DNA of 16,372 bases from Chitinivibrionales bacterium. GTDB taxonomy: Bacteria; Fibrobacterota; Chitinivibrionia; Chitinivibrionales; WJKA01. Numbering within the stretch: position 1 is the first letter of the stretch; each line of letters opens with the position of its first letter. The notes under the pieces are model-generated. The model made no database searches. It was not told where the DNA came from and was given only the letters and a program-made list of their open reading frames with translations. The stretch lies in NCBI GenBank assembly GCA_038247415.1, contig JBBRUX010000066.1, forward strand, positions 1 to 16,372, written 5' to 3'. The position numbers were made by a program, and so were the translations under genes. This document shows positions 1 to 6,634 of this stretch, piece by piece.

Positions 1-402
1 GAGGCATGGACATTTCCCAGAGGCACGTTAGAGATGCTGCATATTGAAGGAGCAATCATCGGACGCGCCACCTACGAGCCAGGATGGAAGTGGTCCACCT
101 CGGTGCAGCCTATTGCAAAAACTAAAAGCTGCGAAGTATCTCATTTTAAATACATTATTTCCGGCACGTTAAAATTTCTCATGGATGACGGTCTTGAATT
201 AACGTGCAAGACCGGAGACGTTTGCGTTATTCCAGGGGGCCATGATTCATGGGTAGTTGGAGACGAGCCAGTTGTTGTAGTGGATTTTCAGGGGATGAAG
301 GATTACACGTTAAATGAGCAACCAGTCCGTCATAATAATGCTTTTTATGATCGGATGGAAACCCTCCGCAACCTAAAAAAAAGGGAATCTTATGCACGTT
401 AA
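1..402 (+). CDS. Cupin-domain protein, 5'-truncated by the window edge
   Basis: The frame is open from base 1 (EAWTFPRGTLEMLHIEG...), so the true start is probably upstream. Cupin-like motifs: GRATYEPGWKWS, C-x3-H, GDVCVIPGGHDSWVVGDEP. The last ~30 aa do not look cupin-like and overlap the SOD start by 11 nt. Confidence 0.8.
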   Translation, partial: EAWTFPRGTLEMLHIEGAIIGRATYEPGWKWSTSVQPIAKTKSCEVSHFKYIISGTLKFLMDDGLELTCKTGDVCVIPGGHDSWVVGDEPVVVVDFQGMKDYTLNEQPVRHNNAFYDRMETLRNLKKRESYAR

Positions 403-1114
403 ACCACAGATTATTATCGCACTTTCTGGCATTACTCTTTTAAGCGCAATCTCATGGCTGCAATCGAGCGTGGCTGAAACGAAAAGAAACGGCTCAGCTG
501 CGTCTATATCCGCAGCAATGCCCGCATTTACGCTTCCCGCACTCCCCTATGCCAGAAATGCCCTGGAACCGTACCTTTCGGCGCGCACTATGGACTTTCA
601 TTACGGCAAGCATCATCAGGGCTATGTAGACAATCTGAACAAACTCACAGCCGGCACGGATGTGGCTGGAATTCTGCTGGAAGAGCTCCTCCGTAAAACC
701 ACTGGTAAGGATGACAAAGCGGAAATTTTCAACAACGCTGCACAAGTCTGGAACCATACGTTCTTCTGGAAGAGCATGAAACCCAATGGCGGCGGCGCGC
801 CGAGCGGCAAGCTATCCCAGCTTATCAACAAATCATTTGGGAGCCTCGATTCTTTCAAAGTGGCGTTTATCAATGCTGCCACGACCCAGTTCGGGAGCGG
901 TTGGGTTTGGCTCGTACTCGAGCAGAACACGTTGAAGATTGTCAAAACATCTAACGCCGATACACCAATCGCGCACGGCCAAACAGCACTTCTTACGTGC
1001 GATGTCTGGGAGCACGCCTACTATCTTGACTACCAGAATCGACGCAAGGATTTCGTTAAGACCTTCCTGGATCAACTGGTAAATTGGGAGTTTGCATCAT
1101 CACAACTGAAATAA
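392..1114 (+). CDS. sodB: Fe/Mn superoxide dismutase (Fe-type signature) with N-terminal signal peptide
   Basis: LPALPYA..ALEP, FHYGKHHQGYV, FNNAAQVWNHTFFW (AAQ is the Fe-type signature), QFGSGWVWL, DVWEHAYYLDYQNRR. SD-like AAGGGA precedes ATG 392. Hydrophobic 28-aa leader. Confidence 0.95.
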   Translation: MHVKPQIIIALSGITLLSAISWLQSSVAETKRNGSAASISAAMPAFTLPALPYARNALEPYLSARTMDFHYGKHHQGYVDNLNKLTAGTDVAGILLEELLRKTTGKDDKAEIFNNAAQVWNHTFFWKSMKPNGGGAPSGKLSQLINKSFGSLDSFKVAFINAATTQFGSGWVWLVLEQNTLKIVKTSNADTPIAHGQTALLTCDVWEHAYYLDYQNRRKDFVKTFLDQLVNWEFASSQLK

Positions 1115-1179
1115 TCCGACAGTTCGGTAATTGTTTCGAGATTTTTGCGTTGCCGGGGTCAAGCAGTGTGGTAAGAAAA

Positions 1180-1207
1180 ACCAGATTCCCATATATGAGA
1201 ATCTGGT
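1180..1207. promoter_or_regulatory. 28-bp near-perfect palindrome (operator/upstream activator site or hairpin)
   Basis: ACCAGATTC-C-CATATATG-A-GAATCTGGT, 13 of 14 positions symmetric. Lies about 130 bp upstream of the -24/-12 motif at 1336. Confidence 0.45.
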
Positions 1208-1335
1208 AATTGGAAATGAGAAATCAGGTGCGCGTAATACAATGCCAACATTCTCATCCGTTATACAATTGTGGGATCTCTCTAAAAAATATGCAAAAGA
1301 CACCCCGCATCATCATTTTTTCTCGTTTCTGCTCA

Positions 1336-1351
1336 TGGCACGATTTTTGAT
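1336..1351 (+). promoter_or_regulatory. Putative sigma54 (-24/-12) promoter with variant -12
   Basis: TGGCACGATTTTTGAT: perfect TGGCACG, GG-N10-GA instead of GG-N10-GC. Intergenic, upstream of the BON gene. Confidence 0.55.
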
Positions 1352-1476
1352 AATATAACAGGTGTAGTTATGAACCATTCGTAATCTAAAACAAAGGAGA
1401 GTTTATGTCATGATTACTGAATCTGAGAACAACTTTAGGTATAGAACAATCCGCAAACAAAAACAAAGGAGATTTT

Positions 1477-1953
1477 ATGCACGTTAAACAACAGGTTATT
1501 ATTGCAGTTTCAGCCATTACGCTTCTGAATGCGCTCTCGTGGGCGCAATCGGGGAAGTATGACAATTCAATGCGGGATAGTAGTAGTGTGTCATCAAGGT
1601 CCGACTCCACAAAAAATGGAACAAGGCTGGGCACTGCAGCAAAGAGCACTAGTCACAGATCCGCGAGGTCGGACTCCTTGCAAAATGACTCTGCCACTCA
1701 CGGTTATGGTGTCACGCCTTCTGACCAGGGCAATAAGAAGTCCGATGTGGATATCACCACAAGAATCAGAAAAGAAATCATGGCCACAAAGGGAATGTCA
1801 ATTAACGCTCAAAATGTTAAAATCGTCACTATTGACGGTGTGGTAACGCTCCGAGGAAAGGTTGATACCCAAAAGGAAAGAGCACTCGTTGTGGATATAG
1901 CCATGAAAACAGTCGAGGCTACTAAAGTTATAAATGAATTGCAGGTCAAGTAA
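1477..1953 (+). CDS. BON-domain (OsmY-like) exported protein
   Basis: Signal peptide (..ALSWA/QS), Ser-rich linker, then DQG..KSDVDITTRIRKEI...NVKIVTIDGVVTLRGKV...VINELQVK, typical of a BON domain. Strong SD AAAGGAG. Confidence 0.9.
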   Translation: MHVKQQVIIAVSAITLLNALSWAQSGKYDNSMRDSSSVSSRSDSTKNGTRLGTAAKSTSHRSARSDSLQNDSATHGYGVTPSDQGNKKSDVDITTRIRKEIMATKGMSINAQNVKIVTIDGVVTLRGKVDTQKERALVVDIAMKTVEATKVINELQVK

Positions 1954-1977
1954 GTGGCCGGAAAGGTTCCGGCTGCT
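1954..1977 (+). other. Intergenic GC-rich hairpin (no U-tract)
   Basis: GCCGGAA-AGG-TTCCGGC (1957-1973), extendable by G-U pairs, immediately after the BON stop. Confidence 0.5.
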
Positions 1978-2008
1978 CTAGTAATACGTCAATTGAAAGG
2001 ATTTTATC

Positions 2009-2566
2009 ATGTCAAGTAAATCAGTATTTTGCATTGCGAGCTCAGAGGACCAGGCGAATCGTATTGTGGATCGCCTTAAAATGGAAGATTTCCCAAATGA
2101 TACTATCTCTGTATTGTTTCCTGATAAAAAGGGGACTCGGGATTTTGCACACGAAAAGAAAACTAAGCTGCCCGAAGGTGGTGCCATTGGCGCCAGTACC
2201 GGCGGAGTAGTTGGCGGAGCATTGGGTTTGGCTGCAGGCATTGGTGCACTCGCCATTCCCGGGATTGGGCCATTCATTGCTGCCGGACCCATTATGGCAG
2301 CCCTCAGTGGCGCAGCAATCGGAGGTGCGGTTGGAGGGATAGCCGGGATGCTTATTGGTCTTGGTATTCCGGAATTAGAAGCAAAGCGGTACGAAGGGAA
2401 GATCAAAGATGGCAACATTCTGCTTTCAGTCCATGTAGAGGATTCCGATAAGGTCAATCGCGCTAAAGAAATATTCAAAGAAGAAAACGCGGAGGACATA
2501 GCTGAGGCAGGCGAAGCCTCAGTTCCCAAGAGGGACAAGCGTGAGACTGAGACAGTATCTGTCTAG
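2009..2566 (+). CDS. General stress membrane protein with glycine zipper (YflT/17M-like N-terminus)
   Basis: GGAIGASTGGVVGGALGLAAGIGALAIPGIGPFIAAGP...GLGIPELEAKRYEGKIKDGNILLSVH, a pattern typical of this stress-island family. SD AAAGGA. Confidence 0.8.
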   Translation: MSSKSVFCIASSEDQANRIVDRLKMEDFPNDTISVLFPDKKGTRDFAHEKKTKLPEGGAIGASTGGVVGGALGLAAGIGALAIPGIGPFIAAGPIMAALSGAAIGGAVGGIAGMLIGLGIPELEAKRYEGKIKDGNILLSVHVEDSDKVNRAKEIFKEENAEDIAEAGEASVPKRDKRETETVSV

Positions 2567-2580
2567 AAAGCTAGAAATCA

Positions 2581-2682
2581 GATGAATGTTGACAGCGCTC
2601 CTGTGCACATCTAACGGCGGTGTAATAATTCTATGTAAGGAATTCACCGCTGTTGAATTTGTGCAGGTCGTTGTTATTCATT
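2581..2682 (+). other. ~100-nt imperfect RNA stem-loop (UTR element or ncRNA candidate)
   Basis: Nested helices 2581-87/2676-82, 2591-97/2669-75, 2600-07/2660-67, 2612-22/2645-55, 2627-32/2639-44, including about 8 G-U pairs. Confidence 0.6.
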
Positions 2683-2749
2683 TTAAAACCATAATGGTTT
2701 ACAAAGTTAGCAGCAAGGTCAAAAACATTCACATAACAAGGGGTACACA

Positions 2750-2929
2750 ATGAAATCGAGCATGCATGACAAGGCAGAAGGCAAATTTCACAAAGTATCG
2801 GGTGGCATTAAACAAGTTGCCGGGAAACTCGGCAATAACCCGGAATTGGAAGCCAAAGGTACGGTAGAAAAGAATGCTGGAAAATTTCAGGAAAAAACTG
2901 GCCAAACCAAAAAGCTTTTCGGCAGATAG
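2750..2929 (+). CDS. csbD: CsbD-family general stress protein #1 (59 aa, not in ORF track)
   Basis: MKSSMHDKAEGKFHKVSGGIKQVAGKLGNNPELEAKGTVEKNAGKFQEKTGQTKKLFGR*. SD AAGGGG. A paralogue lies at 14557. Confidence 0.92.
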   Translation: MKSSMHDKAEGKFHKVSGGIKQVAGKLGNNPELEAKGTVEKNAGKFQEKTGQTKKLFGR

Positions 2930-2950
2930 TCGAATTTTAGTATGGCCTGC

Positions 2951-2985
2951 GTAGGAATCTCGTTAGGCACTAATGAGGTTCTTGC
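2951..2985 (+). other. 16-bp hairpin 3' of csbD #1
   Basis: GTAGGAATCTCGTTAG-GCA-CTAATGAGGTTCTTGC: 16 contiguous pairs including 4 G-U. No U-tract. Confidence 0.55.
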
Positions 2986-3225
2986 AAAACAGCCATTCGA
3001 TTCGATCGTATTTACATTAGGCAAGCTCAGTGCAAGAGCGATCGCTTCTGAAAACGATGCACTGAACGTGTTTAAAGGAGTGGGTGTTAAGTTTACTAAT
3101 TGCATCTAAGATAACCCGCACGAGGTAGCCTATACTACGATAGGATACGCTTAGGGAATAATTCCAATATTCTTTTTTGTAAAATCCACACTATTCTGAT
3201 AACAACAACCACACTAAGGATTATC

Positions 3226-4047
3226 ATGAGCACACTTATTACCAAAGACGGCACAGAAATTTACTATAAGGATTGGGGTGCTGGTCAACCCATTGTTTTC
3301 AGTCACGGCTGGCCTCTTACTGCGGACGCATGGGAATCGCAGATGGTGTTCCTTGCGGAGCACGGTTATCGCTGTATTGCTCACGACAGACGGGGTCATG
3401 GCCGATCTGGCCAGTCGTGGAATGGCAATGATATGAATACCTATGCTTCTGATCTTGCAGAACTGATTGTATCGCTTGACCTAAAGAATATTATTATGAT
3501 TGGTCATTCGACGGGTGGTGGTGAGGTTGCTCGTTATATCGGCCGCTACGGAACATCCCGTGTTGCCAAAACAGTCCTCATGGGCTCAGTTACGCCGCTT
3601 ATGCTCAAGACAAAGGATAATCCTCTTGGTTTGCCTATAAGCAAGTTTGATGAGATCCGTGCTGGCGTTACTGCAGACCGCTCCCAGTTCTACAAGGACC
3701 TCACGACTCCTTTTTTTGGTGCAAACCGCGAAGGTCACAAGGTCACGCAGGGAATGCGGGATGCGTTCTGGTTTCAGGGAATGCAGGGCAGCCTCAGGAG
3801 CGAACTCGAGTGCATCAAGGCTTTCTCGGAGACGGATTTCACCGGGGACCTAAAAAAGTTCGACGTGCCAACACTGATCATCCACGGAGATGACGATCAG
3901 ATAGTGCCGATTGAGGCTTCGGCATTGCTCTCGGTGAAACTCGTCGAGAACGCGACTCTGAAAATCTACAAGGGTGGCCCTCACGGTTTGGCCGACACCC
4001 ACAAGGATCAACTCAACGTCGACCTGTGGGGCTTTCTTATTGCCTGA
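3226..4047 (+). CDS. cpo: Non-heme chloroperoxidase/arylesterase-type alpha/beta hydrolase
   Basis: [27 protein letters not shown], nucleophile [21 protein letters not shown] (Ser-Asp-His triad). SD TAAGGA. Confidence 0.92.
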   Translation: MSTLITKDGTEIYYKDWGAGQPIVFSHGWPLTADAWESQMVFLAEHGYRCIAHDRRGHGRSGQSWNGNDMNTYASDLAELIVSLDLKNIIMIGHSTGGGEVARYIGRYGTSRVAKTVLMGSVTPLMLKTKDNPLGLPISKFDEIRAGVTADRSQFYKDLTTPFFGANREGHKVTQGMRDAFWFQGMQGSLRSELECIKAFSETDFTGDLKKFDVPTLIIHGDDDQIVPIEASALLSVKLVENATLKIYKGGPHGLADTHKDQLNVDLWGFLIA

Positions 4048-4058
4048 AAGGGATAAAT

Positions 4059-5276
4059 GTGGAAAATGCATTGATTGAATTAGATGAAACCACAAAGGCC
4101 TTGCAGGCCTCGGAACTACGATATCGCCGACTGTTTGAGTCTGCGAGAGACGGAATTCTTATTCTGAACGCGCAAACCGGGCACATAATGGACGTTAATC
4201 CGTTCCTGATTGAGCTGCTGGGCTATTCGCATGAACAGTTCATGAATAAGTTTGTCTGGGACATAGGTGTTTTCAAGGATGTGTTTTCAAATCGCGAAAA
4301 ATTTTTAGAACTGAAAGAGAAGAAATACATCCGCTATGAAGACCTTCCTCTGGAAACCGTCGACGGACGACAGGTCGCCGTGGAGTTTGTCAGTAATGTC
4401 TACCAGGAAGGCAATCAGTCTGTCATACAATGCAACATCAGGGATATCACCGAAAACAAAAAATTGATGGAGATCTCGCAAAGAAATCAGAAACTTGAAT
4501 CCCTTGGTGTGCTTGCAGGCGGCATAGCCCACGACTTCAACAACCTGATGCAAAGCATTTATGGATTAATGGAGATGGCACTACTAGAATCCGATCCTGC
4601 CAAAGCCAGACAAAATCTTGGGCAAGCCATAGATACCATCGACAGGGCGCGAGCCCTCACCGGGCAGTTGATTACCTTCGCAAAAGGTGGTGCCCCCCTC
4701 AAAAAGACAACATCAATTTCCAGACTTGTACGGGAAACCGTGCAATTCGCCCTGAGCGGATCGAACGTTTCCTGTCGCTACGAACTACCGCACGACCTCT
4801 GGATGGGCAATATTGACAATGGACAGATCTCACAGGTCATCGACAACATTGTCTTCAATGCGCGACAGGCGATGTCGGACGGTGGTAATATCACCATATC
4901 GGCACGGAATATTCACATCGATCGGGAAACCCCAGGCATATTGTCAAACGGTAATTACGTCAAAATCTCGATTCATGATTGCGGTATTGGCATGCCCCAG
5001 GCGATTCTCCCCCGTATCTTCGACCCATTTTTCACGACAAAAACTAAAGGGCATGGCCTCGGACTGGCAACGTGTCAATCGATAATTGCCAGGCACCATG
5101 GTGAAATAGAAGTCGAGTCGGTGCACGGCCAAGGCAGCACATTCCATATTGTTCTTCCTGCATCTTCAGAAAAGCCGGGTATTAGCGTTGTGGAACCCGG
5201 CATACACCAAACAAACAACACCATAACAATTGGGAACCAAAAGGGCGTATCGGTTGCATTCATAATAACAGACTGA
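4059..5276 (+). CDS. Cytoplasmic PAS-domain sensor histidine kinase (no receiver domain)
   Basis: Likely GTG start at 4059 after AAAGGGA (the track start at 4026 overlaps cpo). PAS (YRRLFESARDGILIL..DVNP..IRDITE), H-box AGGIAHDFNNL, N-box NIVFNARQAM, DCGIGM, FDPFFTTK, GHGLGL. Confidence 0.92.
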   Translation: MENALIELDETTKALQASELRYRRLFESARDGILILNAQTGHIMDVNPFLIELLGYSHEQFMNKFVWDIGVFKDVFSNREKFLELKEKKYIRYEDLPLETVDGRQVAVEFVSNVYQEGNQSVIQCNIRDITENKKLMEISQRNQKLESLGVLAGGIAHDFNNLMQSIYGLMEMALLESDPAKARQNLGQAIDTIDRARALTGQLITFAKGGAPLKKTTSISRLVRETVQFALSGSNVSCRYELPHDLWMGNIDNGQISQVIDNIVFNARQAMSDGGNITISARNIHIDRETPGILSNGNYVKISIHDCGIGMPQAILPRIFDPFFTTKTKGHGLGLATCQSIIARHHGEIEVESVHGQGSTFHIVLPASSEKPGISVVEPGIHQTNNTITIGNQKGVSVAFIITD

Positions 5277-5285
5277 TAGCGAGTG

Positions 5286-5324
5286 TTTCGCGGTTTTGGG
5301 AACTTTTTTTCCCACAACCGGAAA
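5286..5324. promoter_or_regulatory. Inverted repeat after the kinase (hairpin or binding site)
   Basis: CGGTTTTGGGAA-CTTTTT-TTCCCACAACCG (5291-5320, 1 mismatch), extendable with a bulge. Confidence 0.4.
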
Positions 5325-5511
5325 TCATCACAAGAATATAACAAGCAGAGCGGTGACCACAATTCATTACTATGGTTTGCTCGTTGCACCGAACAAACAT
5401 GACATGCGTGCAGCATGGATACAACAACAATTAATTAACAATACCTGCGATACCGGATTTTTGATCTCCTTTATTTGTTGAGAAAAGACACAAGGCTTGC
5501 TGCAATAACCA

Positions 5512-5527
5512 TGGCATGGCATTCGCT
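5512..5527 (+). promoter_or_regulatory. Putative sigma54 (-24/-12) promoter
   Basis: TGGCATGGCATTCGCT with exact GG-N10-GC spacing, 66 bp before ATG 5594. Confidence 0.55.
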
Positions 5528-5593
5528 ACTATTACCATATGAATAGAAAAATGGATTTAGTTTTCAAATTTTTAATTACCAGAGGAGTTCATT

Positions 5594-6292
5594 ATGAAGT
5601 CTCGTAAATCGTTCACCCTCATTGCATCTGCTCTTAGCGTGCTCGGCCTGTGTGCCGCAGCACAAGCGCAGGAAACAGATAGCTCTATTAGTAGTAATGG
5701 ATCGACAACAAGTACAACAACGACGGCAACTACCCCTGTCCCTGCTGCAACGACCAGCACTACTACAACGGTAAATACTCCCGTTACGACGACTACCAAT
5801 AAACAAACGCACAGCGTATACATCGGCCCTCAGTTGGGATATCAGCAGGCCCGGGACGCTGATAATGGAAACCTTTTTCTTGGTGCAGCTTTACGAGCGA
5901 AATTTGTTCCTGCTGTTGGAGCCGAGGTGTCTATAAATTGGCGTCAGGAGAGATTTTTTAATAGAGCCGTGACGGTTACAAGTTGGCCAGTTATGCTGAC
6001 GGGAATGTTTTATCCGGTTCCCTTTCTTTATGGATCCATAGGCGGCGGATGGTATAACACCACTTTCGATTACGACTCGAGTAAGATCCCGTCCATTGTC
6101 TTGGAACGTGAAACAAAGCAGACGTTCGGCTGGCATTTCGGCATTGGTGCGGAAGTTCCTGTTGGAAATGTCAAGCTTACGGCCGACCTGCGCTATGTTT
6201 TTATTAATTACGATTGGCAGGAAGTTCCCGGTCTGAGCGGACTCAAATCGAATTTCATTATGGCTGGTGTAGGAATCTTGTTCGGTATTTAA
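5594..6292 (+). CDS. Outer-membrane beta-barrel protein with Thr/Ser-rich N-terminal linker
   Basis: Sec signal (AQA/Q), ~45-aa Thr-rich tract, then amphipathic strands (YIGPQLGY, VGAEVSINW, LYGSIGGGWY, FGWHFGIGAE, LTADLRYVF, MAGVGILF). SD GAGGAG. Confidence 0.8.
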   Translation: MKSRKSFTLIASALSVLGLCAAAQAQETDSSISSNGSTTSTTTTATTPVPAATTSTTTTVNTPVTTTTNKQTHSVYIGPQLGYQQARDADNGNLFLGAALRAKFVPAVGAEVSINWRQERFFNRAVTVTSWPVMLTGMFYPVPFLYGSIGGGWYNTTFDYDSSKIPSIVLERETKQTFGWHFGIGAEVPVGNVKLTADLRYVFINYDWQEVPGLSGLKSNFIMAGVGILFGI

Positions 6293-6314
6293 TTTAACCT
6301 AAAAGGAGTATTCT

Positions 6315-6464
6315 ATGTTGTGGACAGTTGCAGTAATATTATTGATTTTGTGGGCAGTGGGCTTGGTGACCAGTTATACTCTGGGCGGCTTTATTCACGT
6401 GCTTCTGGTAGTGGCAATTATTGTAGTAGTAATCAACATCATAAGTGGACGTAAAGCCGCTTAA
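6315..6464 (+). CDS. lmo0937-family (DUF5670-like) small membrane protein (49 aa, not in ORF track)
   Basis: MLWTVAVILLILWAVGLVTSYTLGGFIHVLLVVAIIVVVINIISGRKAA*, with the family GGFIHxLL motif. SD AAAGGAG. Confidence 0.9.
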   Translation: MLWTVAVILLILWAVGLVTSYTLGGFIHVLLVVAIIVVVINIISGRKAA

Positions 6465-6491
6465 AAAGTGACCGTTAACATTTAAGAATTA

Positions 6492-6558
6492 CCTTGACCC
6501 CCGCCTGGGCAGCCTCTAAGGAATTTAAATTCCTTTCGCTGCTTGGCTTGGGTTAGGG
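6492..6558 (+). other. Long imperfect RNA hairpin after the lmo0937-like gene
   Basis: Helices 6492-6500/6550-58, 6503-05/6545-47, 6507-13/6538-44, with apical palindrome AAGGAATTTAAATTCCTT (6518-6535). A second hairpin CGAGGGC/GCCCTCG lies at 6593-6615. Confidence 0.55.
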
Positions 6559-6634
6559 AAAGAAATAAACCGTTCAAAAATAAAAGGCAGAACGAGGGCG
6601 CCAGAGCAGCCCTCGAAAACAGGTGCGTGTCTTG

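Noticed and set aside
24..403. Recurrent CACGTTA at ~25, 165, 306 and 395
   Set aside because: Short, irregularly spaced and inside coding sequence. It does not fit -24/-12 spacing.
1131..1358. 75-aa + ORF and opposing 67-aa - ORF in the SOD-BON gap
   Set aside because: Weak starts, no motifs, and they overlap probable regulatory sites.
2942..3109. 55-aa + strand ORF (MACVGISLG...)
   Set aside because: No SD and no recognisable family. The region is better explained by RNA hairpins.
5296..5481. Possible frameshifted receiver domain after the kinase
   Set aside because: No REC motifs were seen. The region is AT-rich promoter-like DNA.
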